Source: Phoronis australis (taxonomy: Eukaryota; Animalia; Phoronida). From it: a stretch of 47,727 nt of DNA. The translations under genes were made by a program, and so were the position numbers. Location: NCBI GenBank assembly GCA_002633005.1, contig NMRA01001153.1, positions 1 through 47,727 of the forward strand, given 5' to 3'. The number at the start of each line of letters is the position of its first letter. Within the stretch, counting starts at the first letter, position 1. The notes below the pieces were generated by a model. The model saw only the letters and a program-made list of their open reading frames with translations. It made no database searches and was not told the DNA's origin. This document shows, piece after piece, positions 23,512 through 36,079 of this stretch.

Positions 23512-25590
23512 TTAAGGGGAAGCCCTTTAAATTGAGATGACCTTCTAAAAGCTAAACATCACAACTTCGAGGGGGGTGGGAGGATTAATTGGTCCTTTGC
23601 CCTTCTATAGATCCGGCACTGTCAAGAAAAAACACAAATCAGTCCCATGCAAAGTAAAATACTAAGTCATGAGCCCCACCCACTCCACCATGCGAAGTTA
23701 CAAGATTGGCAGACCGTAATGGAAACGATGGATCGTTTCGTCAAACTGCTGTTTGAGAATTACACGAAACAAACTTCCGGATGGCTTCACATAACATCCA
23801 TCGAAGTTTTTGCCCAAAAATTTTTAGAATCGTGTATTTCTCTTCGGGAAAATATTCAAGTTACGAATACGGAGTTGTTTACGCGACTCGCTGTGTAAAT
23901 GTAAACCAGACTGTCCTGTTTTAAAAGATTTCCGATGAGAGTATTCATGTCAGTCCAATCGATTATCCGTGTGTTTTTAAAAAGGTTTGATGTTGCTCAA
24001 TCGTAATGATAGAGTCTACAGTTTATAATGTGAAACTTTAACTTCTTCTCCATGTAGTGTACGGAATAAACAACATGGTCCCTAATTCCCAAGATTTTGG
24101 TAATCAGAAACTAAATAAAATTCAATACTCATGTAACTAAAAGTACATTTCTGACAATTTGGTGACATTTCTTAAGGAATTTTGTGGTAAGTTGAAGTGA
24201 AAAGGTTTTAATTACGACTGAATTAAGACTAGTGAGGACTGAAATCCCAAAATGGACGGTTCACAGTGGTTCAAGATTTTTGCAATTATAAACTTAGCTT
24301 GTAAGAAATTGATGCTCCAGTGAATTTTGAAGCGAGGTGAAATTCGTGTGTACGAGTTAACAGAACGTGTTTTTAAACGATTTTGTGTTTTGTTTGGTTG
24401 TGTATACGTTAGATGTCTGAGATTCAAAATAAGTGTATCTAATTAAAACGTTGAATAAGGGTGTTAATACATGTAGGTACACATCAACGACTATTTCTGT
24501 TCTACACGTGTTTTGAAAAACTAGTGCAATTTGTGACAAAACTCGCGAAAATATCATTCGACTCGAACACCAAAGTCAATTAGATGCCTTGCTAACCTGA
24601 TATAACAGCGCACATGCACCAAGTTGAAGTTTCGTTAAACTTTGACGTATGTTGACAAAATGCGGTAAACTTTATATCATTTTCCCCACAAGCCGGATAC
24701 AATAAGGTACATGTTTGCGACTGAGGTGAGGTGATGGCGACGACAAGAAGAGAATAATTATACGAAAGACGCGGCAATTATGGCGGTAATGTTGGGCGAT
24801 TTAGTGGTTCCGGTAGATTTTGAGGAGGTCGCATTTGTCCGCAACTCCCCTTCCTATGTGTCTTAGTAGCAAATTAGTACAACAAATTTCACGAAAGCTC
24901 AAACTCAAAATTCCTGAAAAAGCAGCAAGTTAAGAAGTCTAGGTTGATAAGAAAATGAAAATAAAACCGCTGTTGAATTAAGAATGAAAGAACTGTTCTT
25001 TGGATGGATTACGATAGGATTTCAAAATGATTTGTGACTTAAAACACTGATAACAGGGTTCGTTTATTCCTGACAACGTCAATTTAAACTGAACAATTCA
25101 AGTTACTTAATTCCTTTCCATAAAACACACTTCAATTACTGGCATGTCTAGTGACTGTAAATTTTAAGTTAGAAAACACGAATTGAGGAGACAGGCCACA
25201 CAAACAATTAAGCATCATTTCAAAAACTAATAAAGCCAAGCTTGGGTGGCTAAATTCTTTAAAAATCTGGAGAATGCTCCAAATTTCAAATAAAAACCTT
25301 GAAAAACCCGTTCAAATTTGTTGTAGATAGATCCAATACTTACATGGTCTTGGTGTATGGCACAATATAATCTCGGTTATTGTTGCGTAGTACATATCTC
25401 AAGTGTGTTGGTCTGATAGAGCCATTCGTTGATGTGAACAGTACACATTATCGAACTCTGAAGGTGGCGCTTCGGTTGTGAAACTACAATACTCATCCTG
25501 AAATTCGATACATTTTATATTTCGAACTTAAAAACGTTATCACCGCCATTACAGTCGACTTTCATCTAAGTTAAATTTTTTGTTGACCTG

Positions 25591-25820
25591 AGGCCTCTTC
25601 CAAGAATCTGACTTAAGTTCATTTCTGACTTAAGTTTAAGATTTGTCTCAACTTCCAAACCAGTATGAAACTTCCACATTCGATTAGTTAAGTAAATGAA
25701 GTCAAAACTTATGACAAACACTTAAGTCAATCTTAAGATCTTTTTCTTGAATTGGTTATGATACAAATCTATGAAATTTAAGATTCGTCTTAGCCAAGTC
25801 AGTTTTGTTGGAACGGGCCC
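25591..25820. mobile_element. Harbinger-type MITE
   Basis: Ends AGGCCTCTTCCAA / TTGGAACGGGCCC, flanks CTG/TTG, internal GACTTAAG repeats. Similar to 11540-11748. Confidence 0.5.
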
Positions 25821-27112
25821 TTGAATTGCCACAGTAATTCCATAAGCTCGACACGCATGACTTTTTACGACATGACAGAAAAATAATGTTTTATACATGT
25901 ACGTGATTGGATAAACTATTTGAAGTTATTATCTTTGACCAGAGCTATAAAGCTACAAAGTCAATTGTACTTGAATGGTTTTGATGCAAAGTGAAATTGC
26001 CAATTATTGCCGTTGTATGCCAGACATTTCTTGTAATCTTGGTGGGTGCCATTACCATTCAAACGGTTGGTTTCAAGTAGCGGGGCGTCATGGTGCGACT
26101 GCACATCGAGAATGAAGTTCGATTCCGCATTGATCGATGCTTATTTCCATAAACTTACTTTTCTCTCAATAATGCCGCATTAAAGTTACACACTTTGGTT
26201 GAGATAATCACGAGATCAACCTCTCTGAGACAGGGAGTATATGCACGTGAATCTCCAAGTAAGATGCATTTTGACGGAAGACGTCGCTTTAGTAGGCTGG
26301 CGCCTGGGTCGCCAACAGAAGTGATGTCTTTCGAGAAATTGAAGTAAGATGTTGAGGCAGGCATCAGCATAATGCTACGAAATGCATTTCAAGGAAAGGT
26401 TTCAAAGGACAGAAGTTCATCCACAGGGTCTCGTTTTATCAAAAGTGGTCATCGTAAAGATGGTCGTTCCGAAAAATGCTACATGTACACCTACTTCCTC
26501 TTAAACGCACTGTTTTTAACAAGTCTTATGGGTTCAAAACTATTCAAGAATTCTTACGGAAGAGTAAGATTCATGAAATTGTTAACACCTAAAAAGAGTG
26601 GTATTTATGTGAAAACCTTATGAAACAGTGATTTTTTTTCGTGAAGCTCATCACTGACATACATGTACATGTACATTAGTAGTGGGGCTCTTCTTCGTTG
26701 ACTGAGTGCGCTTTCTAAAAGGGTGAGAAACCCAAATTTAAGGTGCGCCCCGTCAAAACGGGAATGATTCCCCGGGTGCCACTCTTAAATCTAAATCCAG
26801 CGCCAGATCGTTCCTTGCTAATCACGGTGCCGTAACCTGGTCACAAGTAAATCTTTGGTGACTTGGTAACATTTGACCCAGTTGTTCGAAGTAATGATTC
26901 GCTAATAATAGTTAAACATGTCGCTTTTTGAAATTACCCATTGTTGTGTTTTGTTATTGTTTACTTACCAATTCAGAATAGCAAGCCTATATTTATACAG
27001 CATTAGGTGTACACGCAGTTTTGTTATACGTATTTTTGTAGACCAATGACACTGAATTCCAGTTAGAAACAGCGAAGAGCACAATCGCCAAAAGACCACC
27101 TCGTATAGAAAA

Positions 27113-27436
27113 ATGGGATCAGGTGCTTCGAAGAATAAACCCAAAAACAATCTCAGGACCAAAGTGCTGGCCGTGGGTGCTTTGGGCTCAAACGAAAAAG
27201 TGAACAAAACTTCTTCGTCTTCAAATGACTTGCCAGCGGGTAGGACAATTGTCATAAAAGACACGTCGGCTGCTTGGGACCTGTTGCGGGGCGGTACAGC
27301 TACTGTAGATACAGAGAACTTGGCGACGGAACAGCTAACGTTTGACTCGGCTAATAACGGAAGTAAAACTTGGTCATACACGAAGGGAGAAGACGCAGAA
27401 GATTCTACAGGGATACCGTATGATATTGATAATGAA
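27113..27436 (+). CDS. PHF24: PHF24-like, coding exon 1 (N-myristoylation motif MGSGASK)
   Basis: ATG in AAAATGG context downstream of an acceptor at 27040-27041; 108 codons; donor GAA/GTAAGT, phase 0. Confidence 0.8.
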
Positions 27437-28022
27437 GTAAGTAGTCACGCCAGCAATCTAGATAAGTTTTACTAGAAGTCGATTTCAAACTGATGCTGCC
27501 ACCGGGGAAATTTTGTAGTGTTTATTTCATTAGAACTTCAGTTTCACGGAAAACCATCAGATTAAAACAAAATGAATAATAATTTCAAAATATTCACCAA
27601 CTTCTGCTGCCACGTGTTACTCGATCAGCCATCAAAGCTGACATGTTACTCAGTTTTTGTGCCATCTGAAGGTCAACAGCACGTACAATCCTATGAATTA
27701 TTAGAATACTATTGGTCCCCACGCTCTGGTCTAAGTACATGCGAAGGGTTAAAGAGTAATGACATTTATGACGGCGGCGGCAAAAATGTCGATGACGAAA
27801 ACGTTAGGACGGGTGGCAATGATTATAGTCGAGATTACGTGCAAAAGTGATTGGGCAGTAGAGGTTCAGATCCCCTAAGCCGCTCTTTGCAGAGTGGTCA
27901 CTGCGACTATAAAGATTAATTTGGCGGCCAAGGCAAAATCAAGTTTAGTTTACTGAGATCATTAGGCCTATATGTTCACGGTTGCCGGAGAAAAAATATA
28001 CGAATTTGTTTTTCTTCTTCAG

Positions 28023-28208
28023 ATAAAACAAGACACCGAATGCGACATTTGCAAGACCGACAATGGTTTTGTGCAGTATCCATGCCGCATATGTACTCGG
28101 GTTTACCACGAACAATGTCTCCGCTCTATAGGACAATGCCAGGATGAGAGAAGTGTCAGCGATCTACACAAAGCCACCAGCGACGTCGGGTGGACTTGTC
28201 ATCTTTGC
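28023..28208 (+). CDS. PHF24: PHF24-like, coding exon 2 (PHD finger)
   Basis: CDIC...PCRICTRVYHEQC...GWTCHLC is a C4HC3 PHD finger; AG/GT boundaries, phase 0/0. Confidence 0.92.
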
Positions 28209-29093
28209 GTAAGTCGGTGCTAAAGTATGACGTACATGTACATCATGTAGGCGACTCTCCTGGAGAGTATTTAACTGGCTTGAGATGTCTCCAGCTAAGA
28301 CGGCTGGAGATCGCATCGAGTTCACTGAATAGGTTGCGGTGATGTCATTGTAAGCGCTACACGCTCTGATACTCGCAATGATATCACATCTGAGTTTCTA
28401 ATTAACGGAAATGATTTTTTCAACAGGCATACACGTATCGTATGTAAACATACTTCAAAGATGGAGGCAAATTCTCTTGGCAAGCGAAGCAAAATATATA
28501 AAATTAAAGCTAAAAAATATTTTGAATTCTGAGTTTTATTTAAAAGCTTGCAGTTAACCAATTTTGCTTAGTGCACATTCTCCCGTGGAGGATGTAAACC
28601 CAAACAGAAGGTGCACCTAACAAAGAAGAAGTTACGAAGTGCAATACCCTGTCGAGATTAGCTGACCGCAGCGTAACAATAGTTCATGGCTTGCTTTCTG
28701 ACGCTGAGTGTGTACAGTATATGTTACGCGTACAGTACATGTCCCCATGGACAGTAAGGCACGCGCAGTGTTGCCCTGAAAGTTATACCGGCAACGTGCG
28801 CGGAATGTCGGGCTAGGAGGTAGTTCCGTGCCGACCGACTTGTTATTTATTCCCACTACCGATTGTGCTCACCAACACTAAACTTGTCACTATCCATGCA
28901 TGAAAAGTTCATTCCAACCTGTGTAATTACTTATTCCGACACAGAACGCACGTAATTGATTTTTAATCAAAACCTGAAGTTCAACTCGGGCGGCCTTCCC
29001 GATTAAAAGCCTAAGTAATGAGGCGATCTTAAAATCCCTGTCAGCCTTTATGTTCTTTCCAAGTTATACACTGACGGCAGGAAATGTGGAAGA

Positions 29094-29373
29094 CCGGGGG
29101 GCACTCCCGCTGATGACGTATACGAAACGTGGCGTTCAGAAAAGTGTTAATTACTTTTACTCCAGCCAATTCCACTGGACTACCTTTCTGACAAAGTTAT
29201 CTACGAAAACATAAATTAGTTGACAAAATTTCCCAATAAAGAGTTGGTGCGAAAGGTTTACTTTTCACGAGTGTTCCGGACTTCTCTCAAACCCATTCTC
29301 TTAATTAGCGGTTAGTGGTTATCCTAGTTTTCCCTCTTCATCCCTCGTCAAAATACAATTGATTACCCCCCGG
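29094..29373. mobile_element. Small TIR MITE in a PHF24 intron
   Basis: Ends CCGGGGGGCACTC / GATTACCCCCCGG; TSD unclear. Confidence 0.5.
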
Positions 29374-29434
29374 AAGGAACGGTAACGCTGCAACCCGTTG
29401 CTGTTTTTCTAAATGTGTTTTTCTCTCTGCGCAG

Positions 29435-29513
29435 GAAAACATCAACACAGTGCTTACAGAAGATGAAATGACAGGACTGGTCCAAGATTTCGACGAACTT
29501 GACGTCAATCACG
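29435..29513 (+). CDS. PHF24: PHF24-like, coding exon 3
   Basis: ENINTVLTEDEMTGLVQDFDELDVNH; phase 0/1; begins an EF-hand loop. Confidence 0.88.
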
Positions 29514-30299
29514 GTAAACCTATTACTCAGCATTTGTCACGGCAATAGATTTACAGTGGAAAACGAACGATTTTTAGTCAAATTTATTAATACAGATCCC
29601 TGTTTATCTTGAAGAGACATTTGCGCGTTAATTAATGTTTCTCTGGTATGACATTTCTATCAATACATCAACACGAATTATACAAACGGCTTAAAAAGAC
29701 CAACAGGAGGCGTGCATTGATTCACATTCACTTCCATTGAGCGAACACTCTGTCCAACTCTTTATTGAACTCAGCTTTTGTCGGTCGTCTCTCTTTCCTA
29801 TGTGCAAAGGAAAGTAAATTGCAGAACCAACATGCAAACCTTTTGCTGGGCCGTTTGCGACAGTTTCTGTTGTTGCATGGAAAGAATACAGGCACCATGC
29901 AGGGGATTACATGTAGTATTAAAAGGTAAAAATTGCCTCTCCAAAGGAAAGGCCTAAAAATGTTGCTTCCCAATTGTGGACATAGCAAGCACATGGTGAC
30001 CTACTGGAAGACCGGTGTTTAGTCGCAAAATGTTTCCACAAAACGCGGAATTACGAGGCTCTTGTGGCGCTGTAGAGTAACGCCACTGGCGTCTTGGTAC
30101 AAATATTTTTATTTTACACCTGCTCTAGTTGTGAACCTTTTTAGTCTTAAACTAAGTCCATTGAAGACACCGGGTACATGCAGAAGTATTGTTATACCAA
30201 AACTTTCAATTTTGGACTTTGGAAGATGTCAGAAGTAACACCACTTTTTGATGAAACATAATATTAAGTTGTATTGTAATGACCAGATAAAATTTTCAG

Positions 30300-30502
30300 A
30301 TTCTGAAGTGAGCCGCAGCGAATTCATTCAGTACAAAAAAGACAGCTTCCTTAAGCGATACGGTGTGCGCATGTCAGACGGGGAAATCGACATGGAGATG
30401 AATCGATTCGACTGCATAGACACGGACAGTACGGGAACCATCAACTGGTGGGAATTCTTGAACTACGAGAGCGTAGCGTGTCTGCAGCGACGGAAGAGGA
30501 AG
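30300..30502 (+). CDS. PHF24: PHF24-like, coding exon 4 (EF-hands)
   Basis: DSEVSRSEF...FDCIDTDSTGTINWWEFL contains an EF-hand loop; phase 1/0. Confidence 0.9.
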
Positions 30503-30840
30503 GTCTGTTGGGAGCGCAACACTTCACACATAAGTTATAGCAGACTTATTTCTTCAATTCTAATGCAAGTTAACGCGCTCCCAGAGTTATCCTGTCGTCT
30601 CTCACAAAGTACAAAAACTTCGAAATTCTATTTTATTTTGCTTTTTAATCTTGGTCGTAGGCCTATAACAGTCGTAACGTTTTGACGGTGGTACAATTGA
30701 TCAGAAAATTCTGTTTCCCATCAAAATGTGTTAACTAGGTCTTAACTAGAGATAAGAGCGTACATATACCTGTAGTTTCTTTTCACCAAAGACAATATGA
30801 ACGTCGGTAAACTGAATAGCTTTAACTCCTGTATTTCCAG

Positions 30841-30998
30841 AATTCAATTGTCGCAATGCTATCGCCTAAGGAAATTCAGCGCGCGCGGGAGGGTTTCCAC
30901 GTTTTCGACGTGGATCGTAACGGTAACGTGACAGAACGCGAGGCCAGAGAAGCGTACGCTAGCTGGTACCGAAAGCACGTAGCAGATCGACGCAACGG
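30841..30998 (+). CDS. PHF24: PHF24-like, coding exon 5 (EF-hand)
   Basis: NSIVAMLSPKEIQRAREGFHVFDVDRNGNVTEREA...; phase 0/2. Confidence 0.88.
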
Positions 30999-31922
30999 GT
31001 ACGTATCGTACGCAAGCATGTAGCTTTCGGCTACTACTATAGATGAATGAGAATGTCTTTGATGGACAGACAAGCGACGAAGACGGAAGACCATGACCAA
31101 GGCTATGTTTCATGACAAGTGACTTTAGACTTCAGACAGAAATTTGGACTTACGCTCCACGTAACTATTTATACAAGTGCCGAATGTCGAAATTTAAAAA
31201 TCCGTGAAGATATAAATTTTCTGATTTAGATGAATTTGCCATACACTCAGGTTTGGGTAACGTGTAAGCATGCTTCTTTGAGTAATATTCAGCAAAGCAA
31301 GAAAGATGCATTTATATCAAACGATAGTCAAATTTCATTTGATCTTAGAAAAACTGTTGCATTTTTTAAAAATCTTTTTCCGTTTTGTTTTTGTTTCTTG
31401 AAATTTTGACTTGTAAACAAAAATAACAAGTCCTGGTTTTCACCATGTGAATCCTATCTGAGATATAGAGTATGACGTTCCGAAATTAGCTACTGTAAGC
31501 TTGGACTTTTCTAGGGTCTTAAATCTGCATTTTCGAATACAAAAATAAATCTAAAGACTTAACTCGCAGTTTCGCCTGGTACCCTTTTACGTTTAACACG
31601 TGCATGTACGGCACATACAGTACATCTACATGTCGGGAGAATTAACTGAATCACCCCACCTTTCGAACATAGCCAAAAAATTACGATTATAGAAATAACT
31701 CGCCTGCAGTTTTTAGAGTTTAAAAATGGGAATATATTTAGCCGTCGCTTAATTGTGACCTTCCAGATCCGTCACCATGACGGAAACTGCAGCCAGCAAG
31801 TCGCCACGAGTCACACACTCATTGCTTCCTTGAGTACTGATACAAAACTTGAGCATGATTTGACAAAAGCAGTGTGGAGGGTATACACTGTAAGCATGCA
31901 GGTGATAACTTTTGTTTTTCAG

Positions 31923-32003
31923 GCCCACCTCATCGGCGGCAATTGATTCACACGTGGACAGCAGCGTTAAAGTTCTAATGACGGCCGACGATGACGACAC
32001 TGG
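31923..32003 (+). CDS. PHF24: PHF24-like, coding exon 6
   Basis: PTSSAAIDSHVDSSVKVLMTADDDDTG; strong acceptor and GTAAGA donor; phase 2/2. Confidence 0.85.
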
Positions 32004-32088
32004 GTAAGATTGTTAGTTTTGCGCTTAATCTGTTGGGAAGACAACTCCATGCACTGTTAGCCAATTTGTCCCGAGAACAATCATAGCA

Positions 32089-32246
32089 CAAGGGCGGATT
32101 CGGGATTTTAAGTTAGGGGGGCAGGGCAGAGTAATAGCCAGGATTTTGCTCGTCAGACATTCGCATCCCCCAATTGCCAAATGGAATCTGAAATTTTAGG
32201 GGGGGGGAGGCATGGCCACCTTGGTCCCACTCTAAATCCGCCACTG
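32089..32246. mobile_element. MITE with 5-bp TSD
   Basis: TIRs CAAGGGCGGATTCGG / CTAAATCCGCCACTG; TSD TAGCA (32084-32088, 32247-32251). Confidence 0.75.
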
Positions 32247-32807
32247 TAGCATGCAGTCAGTTACCAAGCAGCTGATCAATTCAGTGCACACCGAGTTCAC
32301 TTATGCACCAGAGAATAGCGAGAAGCCGCCAATTGCCCCAATTACAAAACTGGTCAGATAATAGTGTCGTTGGAAGACATATGGCCTGAGTAACCAGCAG
32401 ATTACCAATGTCTTTATTTCCTACCACTCCAATAATCGCCGACAAAAACTAGCAAAGACAGGCAACGTCAATGCATGACCAGCTATGACGTCACAGGCAC
32501 CCGTCAACTCTATAGGGACCACTTCTAACCTATGAAACAAGTAGCCAATCTCATATACCTGTAGCTCTGTAAGTAGTCTAAACCACGGTTGCCTTGTGCC
32601 AGAAGGAGCTCCTTTATGGTCCATTTTAAACGTGGTCACTGATTGGAAAATTGCCTTTTTACGGGGAACCTACTCTTTAATTCCATAAATATATACGAGT
32701 GTAAACTTTTGAGCATGATACGACTTTTTACTCATTTTCCAATGAATTTAGTTAGAGAACGATACAACCTAATCAAGGCATTTAGAAATTTGACAAATAT
32801 TTTTCAG

Positions 32808-32961
32808 GGTTGTGTCGTGGGATGAATACCTTCGTGACAAAGCTGTGAATTACATATCCGCAAGACCCAACAGCGTGAAGATATTTGAGGCAAACCATAT
32901 TGGATACGGACTAGTGAAGTCTACCTCGTACAAAAACCTAGGGACTACCACCAGCAACTAG
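32808..32961 (+). CDS. PHF24: PHF24-like, last coding exon
   Basis: VVSWDEYLRDKAVNYISARPNS...TSN*; completes an EF-hand and carries the ARPN motif I recall from PHF24 C-termini. The seven exons total 1185 nt (394 aa plus stop). Confidence 0.88.
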
Positions 32962-33012
32962 CTGTTTTCGACCACCAACAGTGACGCGGCAGTGCTTCGC
33001 TAACAAGCCACG

Positions 33013-33031
33013 TGGCCACCAGATGGCAGTA
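33013..33031 (+). promoter_or_regulatory. Candidate CTCF site
   Basis: TGGCCACCAGATGGCAGTA matches the CTCF core CCASYAGRKGGCRS and lies between the convergent PHF24 and TMEM218 genes. Confidence 0.45.
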
Positions 33032-34560
33032 CTTCATTCAGTGTTGTGGTTCAACAAAGAGGAATTTTTGGGGGCATTCAAATAAAATGTGGTGAAATCT
33101 ATTGAAAATTAGATAACTGTATCAAACGTGTCCCAGTTCCAAACAGTGCTCGACTGAATGAAGGAAGTGGTAATTATTAAGCAGAGTGAAGATGCCAAGA
33201 AAGCTTACCTGGAAGTAATTTTTTGTTATTTATTTGATAATTTATGAAGTGAGACTAGCCAGTGTTGTTCATATTCAGAGAACCAAGACTGCTCAATAAT
33301 AATCATGACACACTATTATTTATTGTTTATTTTTAAAGTATTTTCACACATACGATAAATAAGCAGACCCCCTACTTTTTGCAAACTCTATAAGAAAATA
33401 CCACCTTCATATTTATGAAAATAACACATGTATTTACAAAAACAGAATTACATATTTACAGCCAGCTAATTTAAAAAATACGACCTTTGTTTTTAAATAC
33501 TAGAAACAGATTCCATATATACCTCTAGTTCTTCAGGTCAATATCCAACTCAACCCTGAAGAAACACTCAAGCCAAGCATTTGTCGGTGCAATTTAAAGT
33601 ATCTTTGTTACAGAAATAACAAAATTAGTTCACCCTTTGTTAACAGAAAAAGCAATTTTTATGTCTAAACAACAAAATGAACTTCACTGTGACACAAACT
33701 TGGTGGTTACGGTAACACTTCTTCAGTTTGGTACAGTCTGTAAACTTTGGGACACTTAAATTTAAAGCAAACTTGAATTTTCAGTGAAAACTGACTGAGG
33801 TACAAGCAATTTTGGCATTGGCATTTGTCAACTATCAGACACAGAGCATTTTGTATCAACTGTCTGAAAGTAGACTTGACAGTCAATAAAATCAACAAAA
33901 TTTGCCACTGAAGCAACAGGAGTCCCCATGTAACAATTAGGTGAATGATCATTACTGGTTAATCGTAGTTCTTCTATTTGGGATGGCCAGTACCGCCCAT
34001 TTCTAAACTTTGGTACGTGCTCCGAACTTGAGTAAAATTAAATTTCCGCTGTCCCAAACTGGAGAATATTTACTGTAATCTCACGTGTGTTGAAAGAGCT
34101 GCCAACTGTTGAACAAAGATGAATCATTCTAAGGTCAACTTTTGCCACAAAAGCATGCCAGGGCTCATTCTGCAACAACCCCCATGGGGCTCCCAGTTTA
34201 AAGCATGGTCGAGTAGCACACATGCTTTAACAGCACATGTAAATTTTGCACGCAGATAAAATTGAAAGGCATATCCAGTTTACATACTTGAAAAATCAGC
34301 AGCACTTCGTCTCAATTTTGTGGGATTTCATTTTTACCAATTGTGGAATGTGACTTCCTTCTCAAAATACATCCCTCCAAATTGCCATAAAGAGAGCCAG
34401 GGTTAAACATTGATGACTATCAGAGAGTTCAGGACAACTAATAACTAAGAGCTGACATCTCCGTGATCCCACTCAAATGAAATTTGACATCGGCCAACAG
34501 CAACCTCTCAGCATTTGACCTTTAAGGTCATCTCCAAAGCGACAGCAACAAGCACTGCCA

Positions 34561-34698
34561 TCACCTCAGCTTCTTCAAAGGTTTAGCGTAGATTGGCATC
34601 ATGATATGATCCACGACAAACAGCCCAATGGCGACCAATAGGACAAGTGCTAGCAATGTGATGCAGGTTGTCCGGCCAATCACAGTCTCATCATAAAT
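34561..34698 (-). CDS. TMEM218: TMEM218 copy A, coding exon 3
   Basis: IYDETVIGRTTCITLLALVLLVAIGLFVVDHIMMPIYAKPLKKLR*; PIYAKPL is the TMEM218 C-terminal signature. Confidence 0.9.
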   Translation of the reverse strand: MYDETVIGRTTCITLLALVLLVAIGLFVVDHIMMPIYAKPLKKLR

Positions 34699-34783
34699 CT
34701 GAAACAGTTTGGTTACAAGAAGGTGACACTGATGCAGAGCTGGGGTCAAATAAGAAAATTGAGACATATTTCCTATTTCATGA

Positions 34784-35032
34784 CATGTGCGCACCCAGCC
34801 TTTAAAATGGGGGGGGGCTTGAATTTCTGACAAAGTGGACCTAATGCTAACAAAAAAGCAAGAGGACTAAAAAAAAACGGGGTACCACCTTCAGAACTGT
34901 GAACTGTGCGTCTGCGCCTTTTTAGTGGACTTTTGTCTCATTTTCTCTCTGAGACAGACTTTTTTACTCACTTAGCCAAATGGGGGGGGTTCGTTTGAAC
35001 TCCCGAGCCCCCCCCCCCTGGGTGCACGCATG
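34784..35032 (-). mobile_element. MITE with 5-bp TSD (same family as 2126-2381)
   Basis: TIRs CATGTGCGCACCCAG / CTGGGTGCACGCATG; TSD CATGA. Confidence 0.85.
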
Positions 35033-35182
35033 CATGAAAGAGACTTAAGACAGTATTTAGAATTGTGTAGCCTGCCTGAGCAACACAATGGGGTGATTAG
35101 TCTTCTGCATACCACTGCACAAGAAAGCACTGATCTGAGTGATCGTAATACCCCCTCCACCAAAGAATTCAGTGCAAGTTGA

Positions 35183-35284
35183 ATAGGGGACAGCGTCATA
35201 CCATAGGGTATAGTGTCATACCATAGGGTACAGTGTCATACCATAGGGTACAGTGTCATACCATAGGGTACAGTGTCATACCAT
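35183..35284. repeat. 20-bp minisatellite (CCATAGGGTACAGTGTCATA), 4 full units plus partials
   Basis: Read directly; copy B (39390-39469) has one unit fewer. Confidence 0.95.
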
Positions 35285-35409
35285 CATGAATGAATGCTGA
35301 ACTTTGGGAACAGAATCCACAGCTGCCGTTGCATAAATGAAGACTTCTGATGCAAGTGCAAGGCGAAGTTCTTGGGTCTACAGTACCAAGCCCTGGCCAA
35401 TTCCACATG

Positions 35410-35591
35410 GTACACACATGGCAAACTGGTAACCCCGACGGTTTATACATAGCAAACTGGTAAACCCCAATGGCATACACATGGAAAACTGGTAAACCCC
35501 CAATGATTTACACATGCCAAAAGTGGTAAGCCCCGGTGGCATACACATGGTAAACCCCAATTGTTTACACATGGCAAACTGGTAAACCCCA
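35410..35591. repeat. About 32-bp degenerate minisatellite (TACACATGGCAAACTGGTAAACCCC...), about 6 units
   Basis: Read directly; copy B has a different unit arrangement at 39595-39755. Confidence 0.85.
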
Positions 35592-35607
35592 GTCCAAAGA
35601 CATTTAC

Positions 35608-35710
35608 CTTATGGTCCACTACTTTGGGTTCATTAATAGACTCCCTTGGAATGACCCACATCACCACGGTTATGACCCCGGCCAGTATAATGAAGGCTGG
35701 GCCTATCGAC
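35608..35710 (-). CDS. TMEM218: TMEM218 copy A, coding exon 2
   Basis: SIGPAFIILAGVITVVMWVIPRESINEPKVVDHK; phase 2/0; transmembrane helix followed by the PR motif. Confidence 0.9.
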
Positions 35711-36079
35711 CTGAAAGATGAAAATCTATGGTAAGTTACCATAACAACAGCTCCACAATGCTCTGTATAATATATCTCCAGGTAAAGGTCAAACGGAGAA
35801 AAAAATTTTGAATCAGGACACTGAAAACTACCAGAAATTCAACCCTCCTATAGGACAGCATTAGATTACATACTATTTGCTAAGTTACCCACTCAGGGTT
35901 ACTGTAACTGGCAAGTCGATAAGTACAGGAACTATAGAAACCAAGTGCAGAAAGGACTTATTAAAAAATGGACTTGCAGAATGGAATGTTATCAACAGGC
36001 CCTGTCTATTAGGCTTGTTGTGACATGATTCCACGGTATGATGTATGATTTTAGAGGGTTAGAAGGAAAATCCACTTAC

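Noticed and set aside
26965-27381. 138-aa minus-strand ORF
   Set aside because: Antisense shadow of PHF24 coding exon 1.
28250-28312. Two adjacent small hairpins (ACTCTCCTGGAGAGT; TCTCCAGC-N7-GCTGGAGA)
   Set aside because: Could be a Helitron-type end or chance; no CTRR terminus or second copy seen.
35183-35591. Regular repeats resembling a CRISPR array
   Set aside because: Head-to-tail minisatellites with no unique spacers, in an intron of an animal gene, with no cas genes.
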